A stretch of 61,663 nucleotides of DNA, filler included. It is 9 parts of 9 records of this genome, joined end to end, with 100 filler letters (N's around TTAATTAATTAA, not from the genome) between each part and the next. Parts side by side here need not be neighbours in the genome. Positions count along the whole stretch, not along the records: positions 18,342 to 27,155 come from SRR31147125_120804; positions 27,256 to 35,783 come from SRR31147125_120823; 7 more parts are not named here. One strand, 5' to 3'. Shown in pieces: positions 22,712-33,651 of the stretch (positions are counted from its first letter, which is position 1; each line of letters begins with the position of its first letter). Under the pieces are notes generated by a model. The model searched no databases, was not told the DNA's origin, and saw only the letters and a list, made by a program, of their open reading frames with translations. The position numbers and the translations under genes are program-made.

Positions 22712-25231
22712 ATGAGCCTGAAACGAGACGTACCCGTTCACAAGCGATCTCTCTACTCCTGGGTACTCGACAGCCGCTGGTATCTCCAGGCTACCCTGAT
22801 ACTGGTTATCCTGGGACTCGTTTTCCTCAGGGTACTGCCTCTCGAGATCCAGAAGCGCATCGTCAACGATGTCCTCGCCCTCGGGGATGTTCAGCAACTG
22901 GTCGTCTACTGTATGGTTTACCTGTTGGCGGTATTGCTTTCAAGTGCCTGCAAGATGGCAGTCAACACACTCGAGACGATCATTGGCCAGCGGGCGCTGA
23001 CCGACATGAGAAAGGCGCTCTACCAGCACATTCTCCGGCTGCCCCTATCCTTTTTCAGAAAAACGCATCCAGGTACGGTCGTCGCCTCACTGGTCACCGA
23101 GCTGGCCTCGTCTGCGACGTTCGTCGGTGCCGCGGTAGCGGTACCATTGAGCAACACGTTGACCCTGCTGGCCATCGGCGGTTACCTGATCTGGCTCAAC
23201 CCGCTTCTCGGTGTCGTCACCCTCTCCATCTACCCGGTCGCACTGCTCGTGGTGCCGCTGGTTCAGCGCGGCGTCAACAAGGCAAACAAAGAGCGGGTAA
23301 ACGTCTCCAACAAAATGGCAAGCCGGGTCACCGAAACCGTCTCCGGGGTCAGCGAAGTACACGCCCAGGGGTCGTTCCAGAACGAGGAACAGAAGTACAA
23401 CTCGATCGTCGAAAAACTGTTCAGGATACGTATCGTGTGGAACCTGTACAAATATGGAGTGAAAGTAACCAACAACCTCTTTGTCGGCCTGGGGCCGGTC
23501 GTCGTCCTGCTGCTGGGCGGCTACCTGATCATGCAGGGTGAGACCGAGCTTGGCTCCATCGTCGCGTTTCTGTCCGCTCAGGAAAAGCTCTACGATCCCT
23601 GGAAGGAGCTGATAACCTTCTACCAGACCCAGCAGGACGCTTCAGTCCGCTACAATAAAGTCATGCAGATTTTCGACGGGGAGACCGAGTTCACCCTGAT
23701 CAATGATCAGCAGGTACCGATACCACTCCAGGGACGGGTCGAAATCAAGGATCTCGAATTCGCCACCCCCAACGGCATCAAACTGCTCGACCAGGTCAAC
23801 CTCGGCCTCAAAAGCGGAGAACACCTGGCCCTCGTCGGATTCTCGGGATCCGGCAAGTCAACACTGGCCAAGTGCATCGGCCAGATGTACTCGTATACGG
23901 GCGGTGAGCTTTTGCTTGACGACTATCCTGTGGCGCAGATGTCCAAGGAGGAAATTGTCCGCTCGGTCGGCTTCATCTCACAGGAACCGTATATCTTTTC
24001 GGGCACCATAAACGACAACCTGCTCTACGCGTGCAATTCGATAGACGAATTTCCCGAACGGGATGCACTGGAAATTGCACCGAGTCTCGATGACAAGATT
24101 GCGGTCCTGCAACAGACCGGTATATTCGTCGACACCCTCCGCTTCGGACTCAATACCATTCTTGACCATGACGCCCATCCTGAACTCGAGGAGCGATTCC
24201 TCAAGGTCCGGCAGAATTTCCAACAGAACTTCGGCGACGAATTCGGCGAACACGTCGAGTTCTACCGTGAAGACAGCTACCTCTACTACTCCACGATCAT
24301 CGAGAACCTGGTATTCGGTTCCATTCACGGAACCGCCAATTCAAACGATCTCGAGCAGGATCCGACGTTCGTGTCATTTCTCGATACCGTCAGTCTCCGC
24401 AATCCCCTCCTGGAAACCGGTGCGGAACTGCTGCTGCAGACCATAGACATCCTTGGCCGTGATGTACCGAGGGAAAACGTGTTCTTCGAGCAGACGCCGA
24501 TCAGACCGGATGAGTATGATCATTTCCTCGATCTGGCCGATCTCCTGCAGCGTGTCAGCCCGCTCGAGTTGCCGGAAGACCAGCAGCTGCTCCTGCTGAA
24601 ACCGGCGTTTCACTACATCCCGGCACGACACAAGATCGTCGACCTGCAGCCGTTGCTGGAAAAACTGATTCTCAGCGGCAGGAAGAGCTTCAGGAGCTGG
24701 TCTCAGGAACATCTCGCAAGCGATGTCACCTTCTACAGCGATACCGAGTACATCCGCAGCCAGTCGATATTGAACAATATTTTTTATGGCAACCTGACCA
24801 GCGACTCGCCAACGGTGGAGGATCGCGTTAACCAGTGTATCGTTCTCCTGCTCATAGAAGAAGACCTGCTCGAGCAGGTGGCGGACATCGGAATGGATTT
24901 CGACGTCGGCAACCGGGGAGACAAGTTGTCGGGCGGCCAGCAGCAGAAATTGTCCATCGCTCGCGTGCTGTTGAAAAAACCGAAGATTCTGATCATGGAT
25001 GAGGCCACGTCCGCTCTCGACAACGCTTCCCAGGGCAGAATCCAGGGTCTCATCGAAAAATGGAAAGGCAGCACCACTGTAATCTCCGTCATCCATCGGC
25101 TGGACCTGCTTCCGTCATTCGACAAGGTCGCGGTCATGAAGTCGGGGAAAATCATTGAATTCGGAGAACCGGAACCGTTGATTGCAAGCCAGGGAGTATT
25201 GTATGAACTCATCCACGGAAAAAAACACTGA
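22712..25231 (+). CDS. ABC exporter (TMD+NBD) with a long insertion in the NBD
   Basis: Six-TM exporter domain, Walker A GFSGSGKST and Q-loop SQEPYIF. Signature LSGGQQQ and Walker B IMDEATSALD occur about 300 aa later. Confidence 0.88.
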   Translation: MSLKRDVPVHKRSLYSWVLDSRWYLQATLILVILGLVFLRVLPLEIQKRIVNDVLALGDVQQLVVYCMVYLLAVLLSSACKMAVNTLETIIGQRALTDMRKALYQHILRLPLSFFRKTHPGTVVASLVTELASSATFVGAAVAVPLSNTLTLLAIGGYLIWLNPLLGVVTLSIYPVALLVVPLVQRGVNKANKERVNVSNKMASRVTETVSGVSEVHAQGSFQNEEQKYNSIVEKLFRIRIVWNLYKYGVKVTNNLFVGLGPVVVLLLGGYLIMQGETELGSIVAFLSAQEKLYDPWKELITFYQTQQDASVRYNKVMQIFDGETEFTLINDQQVPIPLQGRVEIKDLEFATPNGIKLLDQVNLGLKSGEHLALVGFSGSGKSTLAKCIGQMYSYTGGELLLDDYPVAQMSKEEIVRSVGFISQEPYIFSGTINDNLLYACNSIDEFPERDALEIAPSLDDKIAVLQQTGIFVDTLRFGLNTILDHDAHPELEERFLKVRQNFQQNFGDEFGEHVEFYREDSYLYYSTIIENLVFGSIHGTANSNDLEQDPTFVSFLDTVSLRNPLLETGAELLLQTIDILGRDVPRENVFFEQTPIRPDEYDHFLDLADLLQRVSPLELPEDQQLLLLKPAFHYIPARHKIVDLQPLLEKLILSGRKSFRSWSQEHLASDVTFYSDTEYIRSQSILNNIFYGNLTSDSPTVEDRVNQCIVLLLIEEDLLEQVADIGMDFDVGNRGDKLSGGQQQKLSIARVLLKKPKILIMDEATSALDNASQGRIQGLIEKWKGSTTVISVIHRLDLLPSFDKVAVMKSGKIIEFGEPEPLIASQGVLYELIHGKKH

Positions 25232-25736
25232 ACAGGACAAGGCCTCGGGATTCCAGCAGGACCTGGAGTACCTCCGCCAGATTCCGATTTTTCGCAGTCT
25301 CGATTTCGAATGTCTGAAACTGCTTGCCCTGTTGTCGAAAAAAATAGAGTTGATCGAAGGGGACCAGCTGATGGTCCAGGGGGAAGACGACGGGTCCGCC
25401 TGCTACCTGATACAGGGAAAGCTCAAGAGCTTCTACAAACGAAACGAACACATATACCCGCTGCAGCCGATCGAGCCGGGACAATTCATCGGTGCAGCAG
25501 GGCTGTTCACCAAGTCGACGCGCCTGTTTACCGTTGAAGCCAGTGAAAAATCGACCATTCTGCGTGTGAGTCGGGAGGGGTTTCAGAAGGTCATGCTGCA
25601 ATTCCCCGAAACCATGGTGCAGATCGCAGCGAAATTTTCTTCAGAAATAGTTCACTGGGAGCAGGGCCGCCTGAACACTCTCGAAGAACAGGAACTCGAG
25701 CAGGCGATGCCTGCACTCGGTGTCTCACTTTTGTAG
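25203..25736 (+). CDS. Cyclic-nucleotide-binding domain protein (no HTH)
   Basis: LRQIPIFRSL..QGEDDGSACYLIQGKL..PGQFIG..RLFTVEA. It overlaps the end of the ABC gene. Confidence 0.82.
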   Translation: MNSSTEKNTEQDKASGFQQDLEYLRQIPIFRSLDFECLKLLALLSKKIELIEGDQLMVQGEDDGSACYLIQGKLKSFYKRNEHIYPLQPIEPGQFIGAAGLFTKSTRLFTVEASEKSTILRVSREGFQKVMLQFPETMVQIAAKFSSEIVHWEQGRLNTLEEQELEQAMPALGVSLL

Positions 25737-25766
25737 TCGTTTACGACATTGAACAAAGAGGATGTC

Positions 25767-26363
25767 ATGAAGGCAATCATTACCGTACTAGTAGCGACGC
25801 TGATGTTCGCAGCCGCCTTATCGGACCGGGCGACTGCCGACCAGCAGAAAGTCCCGTCCTCCGCCGGTGGTTTTACGCTGAACAAAACCATTGAAGAATA
25901 TGGCATACAGGGCAACGGTCACTACCTCGACGAAGTCATTGTCTCCGGAATTGATGGGTTCAGGAAGGCCTTTATCACCTACGGCACCTGCGACAAGCCC
26001 GGTGGTATCGTGCGGATAAAGCTCAAGTACGAAGACAGGTCATATGCGTTGTTCGAAAAACTGCTGGAACGCTACAAGAAACGGTTCGGCCAAAAGCCGA
26101 AGTTTTCCGGGGATCGCTTCGGCAACGTCAAAAGCTGGAAGTGGACGTTCACGAACAGCGACGGTCAACACGTCAACCTCGTGTTGCAGCACAACCTGAA
26201 AGACACCGATGAGTCGATCGGCAACATGGTGAAGCTGAGCCTTCCGGACCAGATGAACATTGAACGCGAATGTTTCAACAAGACATTGAGCAAAGGAGGA
26301 TCAAAATCATCTGAATCAGCGACCGGAACGGACATTGACTGGGAAGCGCTTCTCCCGCACTGA
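25767..26363 (+). CDS. Exported hypothetical protein
   Basis: Signal peptide MKAIITVLVATLMFAAALS, RBS GAGG, two Cys. Confidence 0.7.
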   Translation: MKAIITVLVATLMFAAALSDRATADQQKVPSSAGGFTLNKTIEEYGIQGNGHYLDEVIVSGIDGFRKAFITYGTCDKPGGIVRIKLKYEDRSYALFEKLLERYKKRFGQKPKFSGDRFGNVKSWKWTFTNSDGQHVNLVLQHNLKDTDESIGNMVKLSLPDQMNIERECFNKTLSKGGSKSSESATGTDIDWEALLPH

Positions 26364-26384
26364 TCCCGGTCAACGCATACTCTT

Positions 26385-27155
26385 TCAGTCGGCCATGCGT
26401 GAGCGTTTGTGATGAATCTCGAGCATTTTCCAGCGAATGATCGGGATATCATCAACATGGGCGGTTAACAGGCGATAGCCCCGAATCGGTTCGCGGACAA
26501 CCAGGTTCGCTCCGTAAGGCTGGCTGAACAGCGCCTGGCCTTCCCCGAAGAAATCCCCGGGACCGAGCTCCTCGACAACTCTCCCCTGATGCAGGCGGGC
26601 CAGGGAACCCTCTTTGATGATATATATCGACTGATCATCGAGCGACCCGAGCACTGTCCCGTGATCAGCCAGTTCCATCGGGATCATGTTCTCCGCCAGC
26701 CTCGTCTGAACACGTGGAGACAGTGCTTCGCCAAAGAGCCAGGTCTGGAGCAGGAATTCTTTCCTGTTATACAACTGCTTCAATGATCTCAACAGGTGAC
26801 GTTCCTCGACAAATCGGTAAAACAAGAGGGCAGGAATCTTCAGTGCATGGACAAAGCTGATCGTGCGGTATGTCGCATTGCTCAACTGACCGTCATCCCC
26901 GTAATTCTCACCGATCAGGGCACCGGAGGAGAAGATTGTGTACGTATCGGTGACGTTGTCGATCATCTCCGCACTGCCTGTCAGCAACAGGTAGAGGAAC
27001 GTGGTTGGCACATCCCTCTTGAGGATGATCGTCCCCGGATTGAAATCAACCACCGTATTGTTGAGCAACGGTTTGAGATCATCCTCCTCCACACCGGCGA
27101 GATAATCGGTGAGATAATAGGTGGCTCTGTCGAGCAACGGGTCCCATGCGTTCTT
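26385..27155 (-). CDS. C-terminal tandem cNMP-binding domains of a larger protein (5' truncated)
   Basis: FNPGTIILK..LYLLLTGSAE..GALIGE and IYIIKEGSL..LGPGDFFGE. Confidence 0.75.
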   Translation of the reverse strand, partial: KNAWDPLLDRATYYLTDYLAGVEEDDLKPLLNNTVVDFNPGTIILKRDVPTTFLYLLLTGSAEMIDNVTDTYTIFSSGALIGENYGDDGQLSNATYRTISFVHALKIPALLFYRFVEERHLLRSLKQLYNRKEFLLQTWLFGEALSPRVQTRLAENMIPMELADHGTVLGSLDDQSIYIIKEGSLARLHQGRVVEELGPGDFFGEGQALFSQPYGANLVVREPIRGYRLLTAHVDDIPIIRWKMLEIHHKRSRMAD

Positions 27156-27255
27156 NNNNNNNNNNNNNNNNNNNNNNNNNNNNNNNNNNNNNNNNNNNNT
27201 TAATTAATTAANNNNNNNNNNNNNNNNNNNNNNNNNNNNNNNNNNNNNNNNNNNN

Positions 27256-29663
27256 AGCCTCCGACGTCTCCGCGATGCGGTGAAATCGGTACATATCGAA
27301 CAAACCCGCCTCGACCGGCCGGTCTTCGAGGAACCTGCCGTGGTGCCAGTCGGACTCCTGCCAGAAAATTGGGCTGTTGCGCTGGATGCCGTGCCGCTTG
27401 GCGAAATTGTAGTAGTCGAGCTTGTCTTTGATTTTCAGGTAGCGGTCGATGCGATCCTCGATCTCGTCGAGGGGGATGCGGCTGAATGCGTTCGGATAGC
27501 TGCCCACGTGTCCCTTGACCACGGTGAGCGTGTCATTTTCGGGAACCCGCCGGTGATTTTCCCTGAACAGCATCGAGTTGTTGCTCAGGGCCTTGTTGCG
27601 GATAATCGTGTAGGCCAGGTCCCCGTCGTCCTCGCCCGTGACGACGTGGACAAAGGTGACGTCGGGCAGGGCCTGGACCTGCAGCCCGTGAATGTCAGCC
27701 ACCCTGCGCATGGCCCGATCGGCCCGCCGCTGTGCCGGACCGGCATCGCCGTGGGCACAATTCTGGTCGGGGCAGCGGTTGAGAATGTCATGCGGGTCGG
27801 TCGCCTTGCCGGCGTGGGCGATCAATTTGCCGAAAAACTCCGCCTTGGGGTCATCGGTGTGATATTTGATCCGGGTGGTGCGCTTGAGGCCCCGGAACTG
27901 CTCGTCCAGATAGTTCTCGGCGCCCTTGCGGGCATCCGTGTACCAGTCGGCCCAGATCTCCCGGCGGCTGTCGATGGGTAGGAAACTGAGGAAATTGTTC
28001 TCCCCTTCCATTCGCAGGAAATCCATATACAGGCGCGTCTCCAGCTGATGGCCCAGGTTGCCGTAAACATTGAACCCTGCCACCAGCAGATAATGAATGC
28101 GTTCGAACAGGGGGTAGTCGATCATCCATCCGGTCTTGGGCATTTTGCCGACAAATCCGTTGACGACGCTGGCGCTGTCGAAATGCCGGAACACCGTAAG
28201 CAGCGCGTTGGGATTGACTCCGTCCCCGTCCCAGGCGTAACTGATGTCGTTGCCGATGTCGTCCGGATTCAGCGCCATCAGATACTTTTCCTTGGCCGTC
28301 AGGTATTCTTTCTGGAGGCCGGCATAGTGATGCCAGGTACTGAGCAGCCGCAGGGTGCTTTTGCGTTCCGACGGAATGCGCAGCAAATCGCTGACGTCGC
28401 TCAAGAACTTAGAATCGTTGCTGATCGTATCATTCTCCGGATCGAAGAAGGCCACGAAAAAATGGTCGTTGATTACGTTCAGGGCCACCTGGCCGCGGCA
28501 CACGGGCCCCTTGATGAAGCCTTCCACGAAGAAGCGGGCATCATCCAGCATGAACCGGTAGCGGGAGAGCGCCGGCAGTTCGGCGAAGGTCTTGAAGGGG
28601 GTGGCGGTCGTGGCCGGGTCATAGGTCGGTAGGCGGCTGATGACGACGTCGTCCCCTAAAAACAGCTCCCGGTAGCGCGCCATCTTGTCTGCGGTCATGT
28701 GGTAGACAGTATGGTCCTTGACGGCGATGGTGGCTTCGATCTTTCGAAACCGGTAGAAGAAGGCGGCGTCGCCGGGATCGTCATAGGGCCTGACCGTGTT
28801 GATTTCAACCACCGGCTGGCCCGGTGGCGTTTTGGAGCGAACCAGGCGGTAGAACTCACGCGCCGGCAAGGCGTCGAAATGGATGCGGCCGATGAACAGG
28901 TGCTCGTAAAGGTAGCGCGACATCACTCGTTCCTTCAACGAGGTGCCGTTTAAAAACACCTCCCATTGGCCCGTGATTCGGGCGGCCGGATCCGACAGCG
29001 GCGGCGTGGGCGTTATGCGGGCACCCTGGCGCACCCACGCCACGATGGTTTTCCGCTCCCGATCGGTCAGGCCGGGAAGGGCATAGGGCATGCCCCAGAG
29101 CGGATACTTCTGCTTGAACGCCTCGAAGTCCTCGGCCGTGGTGCAGATGTATTCGTGGTCCAGTCGAATGTCGAAGGTCTCCGGCAACAGGTCGCTTGGG
29201 GGCAGGGGATTGTCCTTTTTGAGTTGCAGCATCAGGTTCAGCAGTGAATTTTCAAGGTGGGCCACCGGCACCTGGTCCCTTTCGTTCAGCACCGGATGAA
29301 ACCCCATTTCGCGCCACCCCCCAGGCGTATGCGCATCGATGTGCAACCGGGTGGGCGGGTCCGCGGTCAACCGGGCCGAATTGTAGACCAGCGCTTTGGT
29401 TCCACCGCGTTCAAGGCCCTCGAAACAGGTCGTCTTCAACTGGCAGGGCGCATCGTAGCAGCTGTGGCAGACGCTGCAGCGGCGCTCCAGGATGGGTTGT
29501 ACGTCCTTGTAAAACGAAACCTCGCCGGGTATGTGGGCCGCCACCAGCCGGTCCACGCCGCTTTGCACGGGGCCGTATTTTCGATCGAGTTCGGCGGCCT
29601 TGAAGGCACCGCAGCCTGCAATAGCGGCCACCACCAACGCAAAGAGGAAACACCTTTTTTCAT
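27256..29663 (-). CDS. cti: Fatty acid cis/trans isomerase, heme c lipoprotein (frameshift in signal peptide; last codons cut by linker)
   Basis: RCSVCHSCYDAPCQLK (CxxCH), PTRLHID, WGMPYALP, RYLYEHLF, FIKGPVCRGQVALNVI, LTVFRHFDSASV, YMDFLRMEGE and GSYPN. Lipobox IAGC. Confidence 0.92.
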
Positions 29664-29723
29664 TGAATCACTCCTTCTCGATTGTTGCTTCGCCCGCAAC
29701 CATTTGAGGCGACATCCTGGCCG

Positions 29724-31328
29724 TTACTCACCGCCCGGCGTTATCCGGCGAATCGCTTCGGCCGGAAGGTTGACGAACTCCGGTACATTGGCGGCCATGT
29801 GGTCGTCGCTGAAACGGGACAGGCATACCGGGACACTGTCCATGCCGTTCTCGTCGATATGGGTCACAAAAATTTCCGTATAATCCGAGTTGACCTTGGA
29901 GGTGAAGAGCAGCCACCGTCCGTTGGGCGAAAAGCCGTGCCAGGAGTTGAACCGCTTGCGGTTGCAGCGCATCCGGCGCGGCGTGCCGCCTTGAGCTGGA
30001 ATCATATGGAGTTCACTGTCCGGCTGGAGCATGATGCCGGATCGGCTGCGGGTAAAAACGATCCAGCGGCCATCCGGCGAGGTTCTGGCAAAATAGTTGC
30101 TCATGCCGTTGTTGCTGGCCCCTATAAGGGGCTCGGGGACACCGCCCCGGCCATGGTTGAAGGGAATCCGGTAAAGATCGAACCGGATCGGATACTGTTC
30201 GTTCAGGGCGTATATATCGGCATCAACGATGCGCGTACGGACATCGGTGATGTCCTCGTGATAGCCATTTCGTTTTTCTGCGCGGGCGAAAATAATGTGA
30301 TTTTCGTCTGGGCTCCAGCTCGGATCGGTCTGGACGAAATCGATGTCGTCGGCTCCGGGCAACCGGTGAAACGTCCGGCTCCGGATGTCGTACCAGGCCA
30401 GAATGCCATAGGTCGGAAAAAGCTGGCAAAAGGCCGGATCATTGGTCAGGGCAAAAAAGGATATTTCGTTAACGGTGCCGACCATGGTTTTGCCGCCGGG
30501 CGACAGTTTGGCAAATGTACCCCGGGTCGGCGGCAGCAGGTTCGGTTTGGGGAAATCGCTCCAGGTCATGAAATCCTTGCCTGAAAGCGCGATACGCTCT
30601 TTAACCGGTGCGATAAAATGGGCGCCGCTGTCATTTTTATAGTTCATTTCCATGCTGATCAAACGGCCGTCCCTGGAGAACAGATGGCAGCTGGCGCAGG
30701 TGGAGATGTTTTCCATCACCACGGTCGGCTCGTCGTAGGCGGCGATATCCCCCAACCGCCACTTCATTTGCCGGAAGGCCTTTTTCCGGTTGGAAACGGC
30801 AAGGGCACCTGGCGGTAGAAGATCGACGCATCGATGCGATCCTTTGATGTGGATAGTCGAATTCGGCCTTCGGAAATAAGGGCTTTTATGGGCGCCAGAC
30901 GAACGCCGAAAACCGCGACCTCCGCCGGACCGGCAGTGGAGCCGGCCTTGATGGTTTCCCATACGGATCGGCCCGGCGTCCACTGTGGTGCATCGGCCAT
31001 GGCCATGATAGGTTCCTGCGCATCGCTGAGACGCAATACGACGAGCCAATGGGTGGGTGCTTTTGAATGATCGACCCACCGGAACGTGGGGGCCGCGATC
31101 TCGGGAGGGAAAACAGCACCATCATAGGGGCTGGTGATGGTCAGTGTCGTGCCGGATGGCAACGGTTTCCTCTTCCACGAGCATTCGCCAGATTTGCCGA
31201 TCGGTCGGCGTCAGCATATGCGAGGCGCCATGTTGCCCCTCAGGGCCGCGAGGGGCGGTGACGCTACAGTGGCATAAGGCGGCCGCCAGAAACAATAGCA
31301 GCGGAAGAATGCGCCTGGTGCTGGTCAT
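29724..31328 (-). CDS. TolB/PD40-repeat beta-propeller envelope protein with CxxCH (two frameshifts)
   Basis: Three overlapping ORFs join into signal peptide, TSPYDGAVFPPEIAAP, TCASCHLFSRDG, DPSWSPD, ARTSPDGRWIVF and WHGFSPNGRWLLF. Confidence 0.78.
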
Positions 31329-31364
31329 TGAACAAGGGGTTCCCTTTTCATGTGTTTGCAACCA

Positions 31365-32222
31365 TCACCACTGCGGCTGCAGGGATCGCAAAAAGGTGAC
31401 TTCTCCGCGGTATCGTGAAATCGTGGGCCGATGAACGTGAAGCGGATTATTGGGTGACACCGTCGTTGGCAGCATGGCGCCGTGGTGAAAACCGGTCCGC
31501 TCAATGGCCATGTTGAAGGCGGTGACCATCAGTGTCTCGAGGTTGATGGCGTCCTGAAGGTTATACGCCAGAAGGGTCTCCAGGGCCTGATCGTCGCTGT
31601 TGCGCAGATATGCCTTCCAGAGCACCACGGCAAAAAGCCCGTCAACGTCCTCCAGATCGCCGCGGTCCAATCCCAACTGCATCTCACAGCGCTTCAGGCC
31701 GCCCTTGAACCCAAGCCCGGCCAGCACATAGCGCAGGTCGATGTGGGCCTGGTCGAGTCGGCAGCCCAGCACCCGTTCAATCACGGGTACGTCGAAACAC
31801 TTGCCGTTGTATGTTACCAGCAGCTTGTAACCGCGGATGTCGTCGACAAAGTCATTCAGGTTTTTTCCCTTCACATAGGTGGCCATCGTCGACCCGTCGT
31901 ACACCGCAATGGTTGAAATCGTGCAATTCGCCTCCAGCCCGGTGGTCTCGATGTCCAGGTAGGCCGTCTGGCGGCGGAATTCGCCGAACAGCCGCCAATG
32001 CTGCCCAGCTGGCAAACGGTTGGCGAAAAAATTCGCATTCCCCGCAGCCAACTGGTGCGTTGATTCGTGCAGTTCAGCGGTAATGCGATCCCGCCGGGCA
32101 GGGGTCAGCGTCAGCGGCATTCCGTCGTAAAACGACGCCCAGTCTTTCACGCCGGCTGCCCAGAAGCCCTGTTCCGTTTTCGGCCCGACACCCGGGATAT
32201 GGATAAACGTATTTTGAAGCAT
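31365..32222 (-). CDS. YprB-like RNase H-fold exonuclease with N-terminal HhH-like segment
   Basis: HIPGVGPKTE, YLDIETTGL, VTYNGKCFDVP, HIDLRY, GGLK..E and LLAYNLQD. Confidence 0.85.
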   Translation of the reverse strand: MLQNTFIHIPGVGPKTEQGFWAAGVKDWASFYDGMPLTLTPARRDRITAELHESTHQLAAGNANFFANRLPAGQHWRLFGEFRRQTAYLDIETTGLEANCTISTIAVYDGSTMATYVKGKNLNDFVDDIRGYKLLVTYNGKCFDVPVIERVLGCRLDQAHIDLRYVLAGLGFKGGLKRCEMQLGLDRGDLEDVDGLFAVVLWKAYLRNSDDQALETLLAYNLQDAINLETLMVTAFNMAIERTGFHHGAMLPTTVSPNNPLHVHRPTISRYRGEVTFLRSLQPQW

Positions 32223-32318
32223 GGATGGTTTATTATCCGATCTTATCAAAAATTAAAAGGCCTGTCGGTTCCGGGTTGCCATTGGCTATCAAGGGGGATC
32301 AGCCCGTAACATATCAAT

Positions 32319-32345
32319 TTAACCTTGGCCGCTAAATGCCGATAA
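32319..32345 (+). promoter_or_regulatory. Putative sigma28 (FliA) promoter
   Basis: TTAA-15 nt-GCCGATAA versus consensus TAAA-N15-GCCGATAA, 58 nt upstream of the ATG at 32404. Confidence 0.55.
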
Positions 32346-32403
32346 AGGTCTATATCCCAAGGGCGCTGCGTCTATATCCGTGCCCATCCAGAGAGGAAGT
32401 ACT

Positions 32404-33476
32404 ATGCGTATTGAATCAATAGTACTGGTCATCATGGTGTTGCTGATTGGACCGGCGCAAGGCTCGGCAAAAATCTACAAATTTCAGAAAGACGGCAACT
32501 GGTACTTTACCGACTCCCCTCCCGAAGACATGCCCAAAGAGAGTCAGGAGATGGCCGAAAGCGGTAATGCCGTTCTTCCCTCGAGTGGGGGGGGAACCAT
32601 TCTGCTTCAACATTATCCTGCCCGCAATGCTATTGAAAAAGCGGCCATGGCCACGGTGGCCATCAAAACCACCTTTGGTTATGGCAGTGGGTTTTTCATT
32701 TCCAGCGCCGGCCATATCATTACCAATAAGCATGTGGTTCGCATGCCGAAACAGCAGGCCAGGCAGATCGACGAGTATTTCAATCGGGCGGATCATCGTG
32801 CCGAAGCCGTGGAAAGGCAATCTGCCGCTGAACAACGGCGCCTTGACGACTATCGGGCGCGCCTGGATGAGCTGCAGAAAACGGCCCAAAAGGAAGTCCA
32901 TCCGACGAACAAGAAATCCTACGAAGATGAGCACCGGTTTCGTAAGCAGGAATACGATCATTGGAAAACTAATTTTGAAAAACGTAAATACGCGTTCCAA
33001 ACCCAGTTTAACCAATATGAATCCAAACGGGGGATTTTGAATACGATCGTACCGTAGCGGCGCTATCCCAGAGTTTCACCGTGATCCTGGTGGATGATAC
33101 GGAGCTTTATGCCCATTTGGTGGCCGTCAGTGAAAATCATGACCTGGCCCTTCTTAAGGTCGATGCCCACCAGACCCCGATGTTGAGTCCGGGAGCGGCC
33201 TACGGGCTGGCCCAGGGCGATCCGGTTTATGCCATCGGCAACCCGGCTCAATTGAGAAATACGGTCACCTCGGGCATTTTTTCCGGATACGAAGGCCGTT
33301 ATATCCAGACCAATGCCCAAATCAGCCCGGGCAACAGCGGCGGACCACTGATCGATCCCAAGGGTAAGGTCCTGGGGGTGAACACCAAGAAAAAATACGG
33401 CGGCGCCTTCGAAGGCTTGGGATTTGCCATTCCGATTGAGATCGCCATCAGAGAATTCAGCACTCATCTCCCCTGA
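32404..33476 (+). CDS. Secreted trypsin-like (S1C) serine protease with DUF4124-like N-terminus, frameshift near 33030
   Basis: Signal peptide, KIYKFQKDGNWYFTDSPP, GSGFFI..TNKHVV (His), HDLALLKV (Asp) and ISPGNSGGPL (Ser). No PDZ domain. Confidence 0.85.
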
Positions 33477-33651
33477 ATGGGTACCCGGCGTGGGGATCAA
33501 GAGGATGGCGGCCAAGGCTCGTGATCCCGCTGCCGGGGTTGATATTTCGCGAATCGTGGAATCTTCATGACACAATAGCCGATCCACCAGGATATATTGT
33601 TGAAGAAGTGTTTCCTGGCGGGACTTTAATCGCTACAATGAAAAGAAGCGA

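Noticed and set aside
31365..32222. YprB-like nuclease as part of a defence or CRISPR system
   Set aside because: No helicase partner, cas genes or repeat array nearby; it appears to be a stand-alone gene.
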